DNA of 64,000 nt from Alphaproteobacteria bacterium (GCA_963665325.3 OZ224045.1:704001-768000); one strand, 5' to 3'; shown: positions 16,086 to 26,949, counted from the first letter of the stretch. Made by a program: numbers and translations. The notes: generated by a model from the sequence alone, not told the origin.

Positions 16086-18239
16086 CTATGCGAGCGCTGC
16101 GGCGCGGACGGCGTCGGGCGTGAAAGGGATCCTTCGGAGCCGTAGTCCCGTCGCGGCATGGACGGCGTTGGCGATTGCCGCTGCGGTGGGGCCGGCCGTG
16201 GCCTCCCCGGCGCCGAGGAACGGCTGCCGGCCCGGGTCGATCAGGACGGTCTCGAACGCGGGCACATTGTCGAAGCCCAGGATCGGATAGGAGTCCCAGT
16301 CCCGGCTGGCAATGCCGTCCCGGTCGAAGGCCACCGCTTCGTGGAGGGTCCAGCTCGCGGCCTGAACGACCCCGCCTTCGAGCTGCGCGGCAAGGCCGGC
16401 CCGGTCGACGATCTCGCCTGCATCGGCGGCGATAACGCAGCGCTCCAGCCGGATTTCGCCGGCGTCGGAAACCGCGACTTCCATGACGACGGCGGCATAG
16501 GCGGCGCTGTTCTTATATTGCGCGAATCCGATCCCGCGTCCCCGGCCTTCGGGGCAGTCGGCGCCCGAAGGGTCCAGGCGCTCCGCCGCCGCTTCGATGA
16601 CCGCCCGGCCGCGCGGGTCCGGCAGATGGCTGAGGCGGAAGGAAACGGGATCGCTGCCCGCTTCCCCGGCAAGCTCGTCCATGAAGGACTCGATGGCGAA
16701 GACGTTCGCATAGGCGCCCAGCGACCGGAGGGACGAAACCCGGAGCGGCATGTCCCGGACCAGGTGCTTGACCAGGCGCTTCTCCGGCAGATCGTAGAGC
16801 GGGTCCAGATTGCGGTGGATGCCCATCTGGCGCCCCATCGCCGGGCCCATAATGGGCGGTTCCAACGGCTCGGCGAGGAACCGGGTCGAAAGCAGGCGGG
16901 CTGCGCCCATCTTGCCCGGACCCGGGCGGGGCCGCATGGAATAGGTGTCGCTGTATGTCTCGTGCGACCAGGCGGCGATTCTGCCCTCGCCGTCCAGGCT
17001 CGCGCGGAGATCCATCGACGCGCAGGACCCGTAAGGCTCCCACGCATGCTCGTCCTCGCGCGTCCATTTCAGCAAGACCGGGGCGCCGGGAAGCGCGCGG
17101 GCGATGAGGGCGGCGTCGAAGGCTGCATCGTCGGCGCCGTTATGGCCGTAGCAGCCGGAGCCCGGCGCGTGAACGACGCGGACCGCCTCGGGTGTCATGC
17201 CGAACGCCTCGGCCAGCGCGGCGCGCAGGACATAGACGCCCTGGCTGTGGGTGTGGACGGTCAACAGGCCGCCGGCAAACGCCGCCACCGCCGCCGAAGG
17301 GCCGAGCGAGGCGTGCATCTGGTAGGGCCGCTCGTAGCGCGCCTCCAGCGTCGCAACCGCATCGGCCGGCGGAGGGGCCGGCGGCGGCACCGGCGCCTCG
17401 ACCGGCGTACCATCGACGACCGGAAGGCTCACCCTCTCATTGGCGCGCAGGCATTCGTAGATGTCGCGGGTCTCCAGCCCGCCGCCCAAGTCCCACGACG
17501 CAGCAGCGCTGAGGCGTTCGGCCGCCCTGACCGCCGCATACTCGTCGACCGCGGCAACGGCGAGGAAGCTGCCGTCCCGCACGATCCGGACGCCCTCCGC
17601 AGCAAGGTGCTCGATTACGGCTTCGTCCAGAGCCGTCAGCCGCGCGTGGTAGTGCGGCGGACGCACCAGCCGCGCATGCAGCATGCCCGGCAGGCTCATG
17701 TCGTGGAGGAAATACGGCCGCCCCCGGACCAGCGCCTCCATCCCACGCGCCATCGCGGCGGTCCCGACTTGACGCAGGGCCTCGCGCGGCCTGAGCGGCG
17801 CATCCGGATCGACGGCGATGCCGAAGGGCCTGCCGGCGGCAAGCTCCCAATAGCTCGTCTTCCGGTTGGTGGCGCGCGAGTGGATCGTACCGTCGTCCAC
17901 TTCCAGCGCGGCGATATCGACTTCCAGAATCCCGGCGGCGCGCTCCAGCAATTGCCGCCGCGCCGTCGCCGCCGCCAGGCGGACCGCATTGCCGGTCTGG
18001 GCCATCGACTGGCTGCCAGAGGTGAAACCTTCGTCCGGCGAGGAACCGGTTTCGATCCGCGCGACCTTGACCCTGCCGGGGTCGATGTCGAGCTCATCCG
18101 CGGCCAGCAGGGCGACCGCCGTGGAGATGCGCTGGCCGATATCGACCTTGCCGCTGCAGACGACAACCGTTCCGTCAGCGTCGAAGACGAGCCAGTCGTC
18201 GAGCGCCGGGTTGGCCTCCAGGCTCGGGTTAGCCGCCAT
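16086..18239 (-). CDS. Xanthine dehydrogenase-family molybdopterin-binding subunit (NicB/IorB-like)
   Basis: GKVDIGQ, HASLGPS, GCYGHNGADD, LRSLGA, QLEGG and GAGEA motifs. Confidence 0.9.
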   Translation of the reverse strand: MAANPSLEANPALDDWLVFDADGTVVVCSGKVDIGQRISTAVALLAADELDIDPGRVKVARIETGSSPDEGFTSGSQSMAQTGNAVRLAAATARRQLLERAAGILEVDIAALEVDDGTIHSRATNRKTSYWELAAGRPFGIAVDPDAPLRPREALRQVGTAAMARGMEALVRGRPYFLHDMSLPGMLHARLVRPPHYHARLTALDEAVIEHLAAEGVRIVRDGSFLAVAAVDEYAAVRAAERLSAAASWDLGGGLETRDIYECLRANERVSLPVVDGTPVEAPVPPPAPPPADAVATLEARYERPYQMHASLGPSAAVAAFAGGLLTVHTHSQGVYVLRAALAEAFGMTPEAVRVVHAPGSGCYGHNGADDAAFDAALIARALPGAPVLLKWTREDEHAWEPYGSCASMDLRASLDGEGRIAAWSHETYSDTYSMRPRPGPGKMGAARLLSTRFLAEPLEPPIMGPAMGRQMGIHRNLDPLYDLPEKRLVKHLVRDMPLRVSSLRSLGAYANVFAIESFMDELAGEAGSDPVSFRLSHLPDPRGRAVIEAAAERLDPSGADCPEGRGRGIGFAQYKNSAAYAAVVMEVAVSDAGEIRLERCVIAADAGEIVDRAGLAAQLEGGVVQAASWTLHEAVAFDRDGIASRDWDSYPILGFDNVPAFETVLIDPGRQPFLGAGEATAGPTAAAIANAVHAATGLRLRRIPFTPDAVRAAALA

Positions 18240-18702
18240 CGGCTGCCTCGGCGATAAGCCGGTCCACCGCCCTCAACACGTCGGCATGCGCGCCGCAGCG
18301 GCAGAGATGGCCCTCAAGCGCCTCGACCGCTCCTCGCCGGTCCGGGCGCTCCGCCGCCTGCAAGTAAGCCGTCAGCGCAACGATCAGCCCGGTCGTGCAA
18401 TAGCCGCATTGCGCGGCGCCCGTTTCGAGGAAGGCGCGCTGCACCGGGTTGAGGCCCCCGCCCTTCGCCAGGCCCTCGACCGTCGTGATCGCGCATCCCT
18501 CGAATTCGGACACGGCCCGAACGCAGCTCAATATCTTTTCGCCATCGACGATCACGGCGCAGGCCCCGCACTGCTCCAGTCCGCAGCCGAGCTTCGCGCC
18601 GACAAGGCCCAGCCGATTGCGCAGCACATAGATCAGCGGCGTTGCGGGGTCCGCCTCGACCTCGCGGACCGCGCCGTTGATGTTAAGAACGATAGCGCTC
18701 AT
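18229..18702 (-). CDS. (2Fe-2S)-binding small subunit (CoxS/IorA-like)
   Basis: GCGLEQCGAC, QCGYC, LCRCG; start MSAIVLNING. Confidence 0.93.
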   Translation of the reverse strand: MSAIVLNINGAVREVEADPATPLIYVLRNRLGLVGAKLGCGLEQCGACAVIVDGEKILSCVRAVSEFEGCAITTVEGLAKGGGLNPVQRAFLETGAAQCGYCTTGLIVALTAYLQAAERPDRRGAVEALEGHLCRCGAHADVLRAVDRLIAEAADGG

Positions 18703-18722
18703 TTGCGAACCGCGGCGGCAGT

Positions 18723-20027
18723 TCACCGCGGCCGGGCAAGCTCGTCCAGACCGCCGGTGAATTCCTTGCTGGTAAGCATGTCCGGGAGCAGCGAGGCAAG
18801 CCAGTCCGGATCGACCGACACGGCATTCCGCTCCAGCGAAGGCATGCTGCGCTCCGCCAGCGCCTGCCAGTCGCCGGCCATCCGCCATCCGGCGAGCAGG
18901 TCCGCGCGGGGTTCGCCGCCAAGGGCGCGCACGAGGAAGTCCGTGAAGTTGACGACCGGCGGCCCTTGCGCCTCGGCTCCAGCGGACAATTGCGCGTGGC
19001 AGCCGTGGTAGAGCGACACCAGCGCATCCACCTTCTTCTCTTCCGCCAGGGCGTAGGTCGCCTTGCGGCGCTCCGCCTTCAGGCCCGGAGACCGGTCCTG
19101 GCCCGAGCCGCCGCAGGTATATCCGGACTCCCAGGCGATGCCCGCGATATCGAGGCCCGGAACGCCGCCCAGCAGCCGCGCGACATTCTCGCCGAGGTCG
19201 GCCATTCCCTCATGGGCGTGGAGGAGCACCCGCATCGGCACTTCCGTCGTGTAGAGGTCCTGCAACCGCTCGCTTTTCTCGACCAGGAAGCGGGTCACAT
19301 GCTCGAAGGCGAAAGCCGCCTCCCCATACCCTTCTACCGTTTCCCCCAGGTGAAGCTGGCATGACGGGCACCAGCTCAACACCCGCTCCGGCTCGAACTC
19401 CCCGAACCGCCTGAGCGTTCCGTCGGTGACCCGCCCGCCGGCGTCCGTCTCGCCTTCCCATTTGGTGTGGATGATGCCGCAGCAGGCCGCCGGACCGCCG
19501 AGAACCTCGTAATCGACCCCGACTGCATCCAGCACATACATCGCATTGAACAGCAGATGCGGCGTGCGCACGGCATTGCAGCCGACATAGAAGACCACCG
19601 GGACGGACCGCGGCTTCGGCGGTTGCAGCAGCCTCGCCAGGTCGGCCGGCGCAAGCTGCATCGCCGCCATCAGGCGGATAGCGCGCGCCATCTTGCGGAA
19701 GAGCTGCGGCGTATCGCTGTGGGCTTCCGCCGACTTGCTGGCGGCGAGCATCACCATATTGCGCGGGTTGACGCCTTCGGGACAGGCGGGAATGCACTCG
19801 CCGCAGCCGTTGCACTGGTGCACCCATGCGCCCGCCGGCCCCTCCAGCCTGCCGCCGTCCCGCAACACCTGTAGGACGCTGCCCGCGACCGCCCCCGGGT
19901 CCGCCTCGGAAATCCCCGCATGGGGCACGACGGGACAGGCCTCGACGCAGGCCCCGCAGCTTGTGCAGGCCGAGACGATGTCCTCCGCCCGCGCGGCCAT
20001 GAACGATGTCAGTGTCCCGTCCGGCAT
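18723..20027 (-). CDS. Fe-S oxidoreductase, 2x[4Fe-4S] + CCG domains (GlpC/HdrD-like)
   Basis: CTSCGACVEACP, CNGCGECIPACP, YVGC, ACCG and CPSC motifs. Confidence 0.85.
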   Translation of the reverse strand: MPDGTLTSFMAARAEDIVSACTSCGACVEACPVVPHAGISEADPGAVAGSVLQVLRDGGRLEGPAGAWVHQCNGCGECIPACPEGVNPRNMVMLAASKSAEAHSDTPQLFRKMARAIRLMAAMQLAPADLARLLQPPKPRSVPVVFYVGCNAVRTPHLLFNAMYVLDAVGVDYEVLGGPAACCGIIHTKWEGETDAGGRVTDGTLRRFGEFEPERVLSWCPSCQLHLGETVEGYGEAAFAFEHVTRFLVEKSERLQDLYTTEVPMRVLLHAHEGMADLGENVARLLGGVPGLDIAGIAWESGYTCGGSGQDRSPGLKAERRKATYALAEEKKVDALVSLYHGCHAQLSAGAEAQGPPVVNFTDFLVRALGGEPRADLLAGWRMAGDWQALAERSMPSLERNAVSVDPDWLASLLPDMLTSKEFTGGLDELARPR

Positions 20028-20037
20028 CGAAGCCTCC

Positions 20038-20433
20038 TCAGGCGGCGTCTCCCATGTCGAACACCGCCTCGATCTCGACAAGCATTTCCGGCAGCGCCAG
20101 CCGGCTGACCTCCACGAGCGTGCTGCCCGGCCGGCCCGTGAAGTGGCCCCGCCACACGTCCGCATGTTCGCTGAACCGGTCGATGTCGGTCGTGTACATG
20201 GTGATCTTCACCATGTCCTCCCAACTGGCGCCCGCATTCTCCAGCACGACAGCCATATTGGCGAAGCAGACTTCCATCTGGCGGCGCATGTCGCCCACAC
20301 CGTCGATGCTGCCGTCGCCCTTCCGGGCCGTGATGCCGGAGGTGAACAGCAGGGAGCCGGTCGCCACGACGCCTTGGGCGAAGGGAATGCTCCTGTGCCA
20401 GGGCTTGTCGACCTCGATATGGCGACGGGACAT
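20038..20433 (-). CDS. RidA/YjgF family protein
   Basis: LFTSG, ENAGASWEDMVK and STLVEVSRLALPEMLVEIEA motifs. Confidence 0.9.
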   Translation of the reverse strand: MSRRHIEVDKPWHRSIPFAQGVVATGSLLFTSGITARKGDGSIDGVGDMRRQMEVCFANMAVVLENAGASWEDMVKITMYTTDIDRFSEHADVWRGHFTGRPGSTLVEVSRLALPEMLVEIEAVFDMGDAA

Positions 20434-20453
20434 TGCGCAATCGCCCTCCCCGA

Positions 20454-21491
20454 TCAGGCAGCGGCCTCGGCCACCATGCGAATCGCCTCGGGCGTCGCGC
20501 CCGTCAGCGCGATGCCGGCGACGCGGCCGGCGGCGATCGCGTCCTTCCACGCGCCGAGCCGGTCGCGGATGCGGGCCTTGTCGCCGAGCAGCGCGACGCC
20601 GTCCACCAGCTCGTCCGGCAGCGCGGCGCTCGCTTCCTTGCGCTGGCCGGAGAGGAACAGGTCCTGCACCTTGCGCGCCTCGCCCTCGTAGCCCATGCGG
20701 GCGACATAGTCGTTGTAGAAGTTCTTGTCGCGCGCGCCCATGCCGCCGACATAGAAGGCAAGATGGTCGCGCACGGGGGCGCGGCAGGCCTCCAGGTCGT
20801 CGCCGACGCGGACCGGCACGAAGGGCACGACCTCGAAATCCCCCGCCGTCTTGCCATTGCCCGCTATGGCAAGGCCTTCGGCAATCGGCTCCGCGAAGAC
20901 ATCGCTCTCCGGGTCCATAAAGACCGGGATCACGCCGTCGGCCACTTCCGCCGCGGTACGCACGCCGGCCGGCGTGATCGCAGCGGTATAGATCTTCAGG
21001 TCCGGGTCGGGATGCAGAATGGTCTTGAGCGGCTTGCCGAGCCCGGTGGCGCCCGCCCCGTGATAGGGGATGTCGTAATGCTCGCCGTGATGCTCCAGCA
21101 CGCCTTCGCGCTTCAGGATCTGGCGGATGATCGAGATATATTCGCGGGTGCGCGCCAGCGGCTTGCCGAACGGCACGCCGTGCCAGCCCTCGATCACCTG
21201 CGGCCCCGACGGGCCGATGCCGAGCACGAAACGCCCGCCGGACATCTCCTGAAGCGTCATGGAGGTCATGGCCGCGAGTGCCGGCGAGCGCGACTGCATC
21301 TGGATGATGGCCGTGCCCACCTTGATGCGCGAGGTCTGGGCAAGGAGCCAGGCGGCGGGCGAGATCGCATCGGTGCCCCAGGCCTCCGAAGTCCAGCACA
21401 TCTCGTAGCCGAGGCGCTCGGCCTCCTGCACGAGCGCTACCTTGTCGGCCATGTCGCCGCCGCTATAGCCGAGCGTGATGCCGAGCCGCAT
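20454..21491 (-). CDS. LLM-class oxidoreductase, putatively F420-dependent
   Basis: SEAWGTDA, GRFVLGIGPSGPQVIEGWHG and YVGGMGARDKNFY motifs. Confidence 0.88.
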   Translation of the reverse strand: MRLGITLGYSGGDMADKVALVQEAERLGYEMCWTSEAWGTDAISPAAWLLAQTSRIKVGTAIIQMQSRSPALAAMTSMTLQEMSGGRFVLGIGPSGPQVIEGWHGVPFGKPLARTREYISIIRQILKREGVLEHHGEHYDIPYHGAGATGLGKPLKTILHPDPDLKIYTAAITPAGVRTAAEVADGVIPVFMDPESDVFAEPIAEGLAIAGNGKTAGDFEVVPFVPVRVGDDLEACRAPVRDHLAFYVGGMGARDKNFYNDYVARMGYEGEARKVQDLFLSGQRKEASAALPDELVDGVALLGDKARIRDRLGAWKDAIAAGRVAGIALTGATPEAIRMVAEAAA

Positions 21492-21581
21492 CGTCCTTCT
21501 CCCCCAAAATCGTCGCCGGGGACCTTAGCGGCAAACCGCCTTCCCGGCTATCCTTGCCCATCCGAAACGGGGGACAGCGGC

Positions 21582-22313
21582 ATGGCCAGCGAACGGGAAC
21601 GGGCAAGCGCGGCCGGGAGGCGGCCCATCGGCAATGCGGAGGTGGCGCAGCGCCATTGGGAGGGCTTCGAGGGCAGCGTCCTCACGGGGCCGAGAACGGT
21701 CGTGGAGCCAGTAGACCCGGATCGGGACGCCGCCGACATCTACGCCATCGGGATCGAAGGCGAGGAGCCGGACCGCATCTGGGATTATCTCGGCTACGGC
21801 CCGTTTGCCGGTGTGGACGCTGTGCGCGACTGGCTCGCCGGCTGCGCCGCTTCGACCGACCCGCTCTTCATGGTCTATCGCGACCGGACCACCGGCCGTC
21901 CCGGCGGCATGGGCAGCTTCATGGAGATCAGGCAGGCCGCCGGTGTGGGCGAGATCGGCAATATCTGGTTCGGCCGCGCCTGGCAGCGCGACATCCGCGC
22001 GACCGAGGTGCTCTCGATGATGATGCACCATGTGCTGGAGACGCGCGGCTACCGGCGGCTCGAATGGAAGTGCAATGCGCTGAACGCCGGCTCGCGCTCC
22101 GCCGCGCTCCGCCTCGGTTTCCGCTATGAGGGCCTCTTCCTCAACCACCTGATCGTCAAGGGCCTGAGCCGCGACACGGCCTGGTTCTCGCTGACGGACG
22201 AAGAATGGCCCCCCGTCCGCGAAGCCCATGCCCAATGGTTCGCGCCGGAGAATTTCGACGCCGACGGAAGGCAGAAGACCTCGCTCAGCGAGCTTACGCG
22301 GGCGCTTTGGTAA
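21582..22313 (+). CDS. GNAT N-acetyltransferase (RimJ/RimL-like)
   Basis: EIGNIW, GYRRLEWKCNALN..S..AALRLGFRYEG and RDTAWFS motifs. Confidence 0.9.
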   Translation: MASERERASAAGRRPIGNAEVAQRHWEGFEGSVLTGPRTVVEPVDPDRDAADIYAIGIEGEEPDRIWDYLGYGPFAGVDAVRDWLAGCAASTDPLFMVYRDRTTGRPGGMGSFMEIRQAAGVGEIGNIWFGRAWQRDIRATEVLSMMMHHVLETRGYRRLEWKCNALNAGSRSAALRLGFRYEGLFLNHLIVKGLSRDTAWFSLTDEEWPPVREAHAQWFAPENFDADGRQKTSLSELTRALW

Positions 22314-22325
22314 GACGGGTGCTCG

Positions 22326-24206
22326 CTACTCCTCCGGGTGGAAGTGGTCGTAGAGACGTTTTGCGACCGTTTTCGAGATGCCAGGCACGGCCAACAGGTC
22401 TTCGAAGCCGGCGCCCTCGACGCCGCGCGCCGAGCCGAAATGGTGCAGGAGCGCGCGCTTTCTCGCCGCGCCGATGCCGGCTACCTCGTCGAGAGGCGAT
22501 TGCCGGACGGCCTTTGCGCGGCGGGCCCTGTGGGTGCCGATGGCGAAACGGTGCGCCTCGTCCCGCAGGCGTTGCAGGAAGTGCAGCGCCGGGTCGTGTT
22601 GCGGCAGGGAGAAGGGCGGCTTCTCTGCCGTGAAGAAGCGCTCGCGCCCGGCATTGCGGTCCGGCCCCTTGGCAATGGCGGCGAGCGGCATGTCCTCGAT
22701 GCCGAGCTCGGCGAGCACGCTCTGCGCGGAGGAAAGCTGCCCCGCGCCGCCGTCCACCAGCACGAGGTCCGGCCATGAGCCGCCGACGCGCTCCGGGTCC
22801 TCCTTCAGCGCACGCGAGAACCGCCGGCGCAGCACCTCGCGCATCATGGCGAAGTCGTCGCCGGGTGCGGCGTCGCCCTTGATATTGAACTTGCGATAGG
22901 CGTTGCGGACCGGACCCTCCGGCCCCGCGACGATCATGCCGCCGACCGCGTTCCGGCCCTGGATATGGCTGTTGTCGTAAACCTCGATCCGCTCCGGCGG
23001 GCCTTCCAGGTCGAACAGCTCGGCCACACGCTGGAGCAGGTCGCGCTGCGTGGCGTTCTCGGCGGACCTGCGCGTCAACGCATCGCGGGCGTTGGCGAGC
23101 GCATGATTGACGAGCTTGCGCTTGGCCCCGCGCACCGGCCAGCGCAGGTCGATCCGCCGCCCGGCCTTGAGGCTCAGCGCTTCGGCAAGCAGCGCGTCTT
23201 CGGCAGGGCGGGCGCTCAGCAGGATGCGGCGCGGCGGCGGCTTGTTGCTGTAGAACTGGCCCACGAATGCCGCAAGAAACTGCGCCGGGTCGTAATGGCG
23301 GCTGCCGGCCGGGAAGTAGGCGCGGTTGCCGAAATTCTGCCCGGCGCGGAAGAAAAACACCTGTATGCAGGCCTGCCCGCCGTCGAAATGGGCGGCGATC
23401 ACATCGGCGTCGCCGACGCCCTCCACATTAATGTCCTGATGCGCCTGGACGCGGGTCAGCGCCCGGATACGGTCGCGGTAAACCGCCGCCGTCTCGAACT
23501 CCAGCGCGTCGCTCGCGGCCTGCATGCGTTCGGAAAACGCCTGCTGGACGGTCTGGCTCTGACCAGAGAGGAAGGCGCGCGCCTCCGCGATGGCCGCCTC
23601 ATAGTCCTCCGATGACACGCGCCCGACGCAGGGCGCCGAACAGCGCTTGATCTGGTGGAGCAGGCAGGGCCGCGTGCGGCTGCGGAACACCGCGTCGGAG
23701 CAGGACCTGAGCAGGAAGGCGCGCTGGAGCGCGGTCAAGGTCCGGTTCACTGCGCCCGCCGAGGCAAAGGGGCCGAAATACTCGCCCGGCCGCGAGCGCG
23801 CGCCGCGATGCTTGAGGATGCGCGGCCATTCGTGGTCCCGCGCGATCAGGATATGGGGGAAGCTCTTGTCGTCCCGCAGCAGCACGTTGTAGCGGGGGCG
23901 CAGTTCCTTGATGAGGTTGATCTCGAGGAGCAGCGCCTCGACCTCGGTATGCGTGGTTACCACCTCCATGGAGGCGGTTTCGGAGATCATGCGGCGGATG
24001 CGGTAAGGCTGGTTGTCGGGCCGGACATAAGCCATGACGCGACGGCGCAGCGAGCGCGCCTTGCCGACATAAAGCACCTGTCCGCGGCCGTCGATCATGC
24101 GATAGACGCCCGGCGTCAGCGGCATGACGCGCAGATGCCGGCGGATCGCCTCGACGCCCCCGGCTAACCGCTGCGGCGCCTCCAGTTCGGCCTGTTCTTC
24201 CGCCAT
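22326..24206 (-). CDS. uvrC: Excinuclease ABC subunit C
   Basis: GIY-YIG (PGVYRM..LYVGKA), [23 protein letters not shown] and HhH motifs. Confidence 0.97.
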   Translation of the reverse strand: MAEEQAELEAPQRLAGGVEAIRRHLRVMPLTPGVYRMIDGRGQVLYVGKARSLRRRVMAYVRPDNQPYRIRRMISETASMEVVTTHTEVEALLLEINLIKELRPRYNVLLRDDKSFPHILIARDHEWPRILKHRGARSRPGEYFGPFASAGAVNRTLTALQRAFLLRSCSDAVFRSRTRPCLLHQIKRCSAPCVGRVSSEDYEAAIAEARAFLSGQSQTVQQAFSERMQAASDALEFETAAVYRDRIRALTRVQAHQDINVEGVGDADVIAAHFDGGQACIQVFFFRAGQNFGNRAYFPAGSRHYDPAQFLAAFVGQFYSNKPPPRRILLSARPAEDALLAEALSLKAGRRIDLRWPVRGAKRKLVNHALANARDALTRRSAENATQRDLLQRVAELFDLEGPPERIEVYDNSHIQGRNAVGGMIVAGPEGPVRNAYRKFNIKGDAAPGDDFAMMREVLRRRFSRALKEDPERVGGSWPDLVLVDGGAGQLSSAQSVLAELGIEDMPLAAIAKGPDRNAGRERFFTAEKPPFSLPQHDPALHFLQRLRDEAHRFAIGTHRARRAKAVRQSPLDEVAGIGAARKRALLHHFGSARGVEGAGFEDLLAVPGISKTVAKRLYDHFHPEE

Positions 24207-24210
24207 GCGC

Positions 24211-25155
24211 CTATCCCGCGCCGGCTGACGGTACATACTCCACGGCAACATAAACGCCATAGACGGCGAGGAACAGCAGCCCCGCCGGACGCCCGAACCG
24301 GCCCCGGTACATCAGCCAGGAGACGAGCGCGATCGTCGCGGCCAGCATCACCCAGACGGCGAGATCGAGAAGGCGTCCGGGAATATCGAGCGGGTGGACG
24401 GTCGCCACCACGCCGCCGATGGCAAGCAGGTTGAAGATATTGGCGCCCAGCACATTGCCGACGGCGACCTCGGGATGACGCCGGTAGGCGGAGACGACCG
24501 CCGTGGCGAGCTCCGGCAGCGAGGTACCGACGGCCACGACGGTGACGCCAATCACCGCCTCCGACACGCCGATCGTGCGGGCGAGGCCGATAGCACCCTC
24601 GACCAGCAGGTTCGACCCGCCGATGACGCAGCCGAGGCCGATGGCGAGCGTGCCGAGCACCATCCAGAGCGGCTTGTCCGTCGCCGCCTCCTCGACTTCG
24701 GGCGCGCCGTGCCCTCTTCGGGCGCGCCGGTAGGAGATCGCGGTGAAAGCCGCAAGGCAGACCAGAAGCAGCGCACCGTCGAATACGCTAAGGCTTCCTG
24801 TCAGCGCGAGCGCCAGGAACATCAGCGTCACGCCGATGACCGCGCAGCCCTCGAAACGGACCTCGCGCGGCTCGACCGCCAGCGGATAGACGCAGGCCGC
24901 CGCGCCCAGGATCAGCAAAAGGTTGCAGATATTGCTGCCGACGATGTTGCCGATGGCGATTCCGGGCGCGCCCCGGAACGCCGCCTCGAGGCTGACGAAC
25001 AGCTCCGGCATGGTGGTGCAATAGGCGACCACGGTAAGCCCGACGATCAGCGGCGAGACGCCGAGACGCGCTGCAAGCTGCACCGCGCCGCGCACGAGAA
25101 ATTCCGCCCCGCCGAGGAGAAGCACGAAGCCGCCGAGCAGTTGCAGGTAGATCAT
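24211..25155 (-). CDS. Calcium/sodium antiporter (YrbG family)
   Basis: Two alpha repeats: TTMPEL...GNIVGSN and GTSLPEL...GNVLGAN. Confidence 0.92.
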   Translation of the reverse strand: MIYLQLLGGFVLLLGGAEFLVRGAVQLAARLGVSPLIVGLTVVAYCTTMPELFVSLEAAFRGAPGIAIGNIVGSNICNLLLILGAAACVYPLAVEPREVRFEGCAVIGVTLMFLALALTGSLSVFDGALLLVCLAAFTAISYRRARRGHGAPEVEEAATDKPLWMVLGTLAIGLGCVIGGSNLLVEGAIGLARTIGVSEAVIGVTVVAVGTSLPELATAVVSAYRRHPEVAVGNVLGANIFNLLAIGGVVATVHPLDIPGRLLDLAVWVMLAATIALVSWLMYRGRFGRPAGLLFLAVYGVYVAVEYVPSAGAG

Positions 25156-25577
25156 GAAGGTTCCAATCGCGGACTGCCGCTCATCGGTGTCGGTCCGGAA
25201 CCGGCGGCCGCGGCAAGGTCCCGGTCGAAGGTGACGATATCCCGCACGCCTCGCCTGCGGCAGCTCGCCAGATAGCATAGATCCCTGGCTTGGAGGTCCG
25301 GGTGCTCGTCGCGAAGGCGTCTGGCCAGCAGGACATCCGCTTCCTCCAAGGGCCAGACCTCCACGCCCGCGCGCGAGGCAAGGTCGAGAGCCAAGTCGAA
25401 GGCCGCGAGTCGGCCACGGGGCAGATAGGCATGGGCCAGTTCCTGGAGAACTTCAGCCGAGGTGCACAGCGCCGCGCCGTCCCGATGCGCCTCAATGAAG
25501 AACTGCCGCGCAGCAGGTTTCAGCGGGTGCGGGCGCCCGACCGCATACATGAAGACATTGGTATCGACGAAGATCAG
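25152..25577 (-). CDS. VapC PIN-domain toxin (probable CTG start)
   Basis: In-frame extension CTG-IFVDTNVF upstream of ATG 25550 supplies the first PIN aspartate; EVLQE, ARD and TFD motifs. Confidence 0.85.
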   Translation of the reverse strand: MIFVDTNVFMYAVGRPHPLKPAARQFFIEAHRDGAALCTSAEVLQELAHAYLPRGRLAAFDLALDLASRAGVEVWPLEEADVLLARRLRDEHPDLQARDLCYLASCRRRGVRDIVTFDRDLAAAAGSGPTPMSGSPRLEPS

Positions 25578-25849
25578 GTTCCGCTCTCTCCGCCGGCCCT
25601 GGAAGCGGCTATGACGTCCAGATGTTCATCCCAGTCGGGCTCGGTCTCCGGTCCATCACCGGAATCGCACGCGCGGAAGAATGCCTCCACCTCGTCCTGC
25701 GACGCGAATCGCCGGCTTCTACGGCTGTCCTCCAGCCGGGCGCGGGCTGCGGCTCTCAGCCACGCGCTGAAGGTCATGCCCTCCCGGCGCGCCTGGTCGG
25801 CGAACCGCTCCCGCTCGTCATCCGGGATGAGCAACTGGACCCTCGCCAC
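25574..25849 (-). CDS. Antitoxin (ribbon-helix-helix-like)
   Basis: ARVQLLIPD...ARREGMTFSAWLRAAA; stop overlaps the PIN gene start. Confidence 0.78.
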   Translation of the reverse strand: MARVQLLIPDDERERFADQARREGMTFSAWLRAAARARLEDSRRSRRFASQDEVEAFFRACDSGDGPETEPDWDEHLDVIAASRAGGESGT

Positions 25850-25872
25850 GGCGCCCACTCCTGCCTCCGTGT

Positions 25873-25893
25873 ATGTGTATGCAATATACACAT
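25873..25893. promoter_or_regulatory. Palindromic TA operator
   Basis: ATGTGTAT-GCAAT-ATACACAT, a perfect 8-bp inverted repeat upstream of the antitoxin. Confidence 0.65.
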
Positions 25894-26013
25894 CGTCACG
25901 CTTGCTTCAATGCGAAAGGGGCAGCCGGCCGGCGGCCAGCACGATTTCCCCTGCCGAACAGCTTCCCGACCGGCTATTTGTGACCGGCCCCGATAACAGG
26001 AAGGACACCGACG

Positions 26014-26949
26014 ATGAGCTTGCCGCTGGACGACCGGACGCGCTACGGCCTGATGACCCGCCTGCCGACGCCGGAGCTTGCCCGCAAGACGGTCGCACTC
26101 CTGGACCGGCTGGAATTCGACTCGATCTGGGTCGGCGACCATCTGGCCTTCACCTCGCCGATCCTCGATCCGTTCGTGCAACTGTCCTATGCGGCTGCCC
26201 TCTCGCCCCGCCTCACCGTCGGAACCGCGGTCTATCTGCTGCCCATGCGCCATCCTGCGGGTGTGGCGAAACAGGCCGCCTCGCTGGACCATCTGGCGGA
26301 AGGCCGCTTCATCTTCGGCATCGGAGTCGGCGGCGAGTTTCCGCCCGAATGGGAGCTTGCCGGCGTGCCGCACAGCGAGCGCGGCGCGCGCATGACCGAG
26401 TCCATCGAAGTGCTGCGGAAACTCTGGGCCGGCGAACCGGTCGCCCACGAGGGACAGTTCTTCCCCTTCTCCGAAATACATATGCAACCGGCATCCTTTC
26501 GGGCGGGCGGGCCGCCGATCTGGTGCGGCGGGCGCCAGCCGGCCGCGTTCCGCCGCGCGGGCCGGATGGCGGACGGCTACATGTCCTACGTCATCACGCC
26601 GGAGATGTTCTCCAATGCGCTCGACACCATCTCGGCGGCGGCGGAGGAGGCGGGCCGCGAGATCGAGGCCTTCGGCACCTCACACCTGCTGTTCTGCTGC
26701 ATCGACGAGACTTACGAGAAGGCGCTGGACCGGGCGGCGGAACTGCTCTCGAAGCGCTATGCGATGGACTTCCGCAGGCCGGCCCAGCGCTATGCGGCGC
26801 TCGGCACGCCCGCTGACATCGCAGAGAAGATCGGGGCCTTCCACGAGGCGGGCGTGCGCCATTTCAATCTCGACTTCATCGGCGACCAGCCCATGCGCAT
26901 CGAAGGCCTGCACCGCTTCGCCGAGGAAGTGCGCCCGCTCATCGCCTGA
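26014..26949 (+). CDS. LLM-class flavin-dependent oxidoreductase
   Basis: DSIWVGDH, LDHLAEGRFIFGIGVGGE and PPIWCGG motifs. Confidence 0.9.
   Translation: MSLPLDDRTRYGLMTRLPTPELARKTVALLDRLEFDSIWVGDHLAFTSPILDPFVQLSYAAALSPRLTVGTAVYLLPMRHPAGVAKQAASLDHLAEGRFIFGIGVGGEFPPEWELAGVPHSERGARMTESIEVLRKLWAGEPVAHEGQFFPFSEIHMQPASFRAGGPPIWCGGRQPAAFRRAGRMADGYMSYVITPEMFSNALDTISAAAEEAGREIEAFGTSHLLFCCIDETYEKALDRAAELLSKRYAMDFRRPAQRYAALGTPADIAEKIGAFHEAGVRHFNLDFIGDQPMRIEGLHRFAEEVRPLIA

Noticed and set aside
20038-21399. 453-aa RidA fusion (also the long versions of the GNAT and nitroreductase ORFs)
   Set aside because: The extensions overlap neighbouring real genes; internal starts give normal-length proteins.
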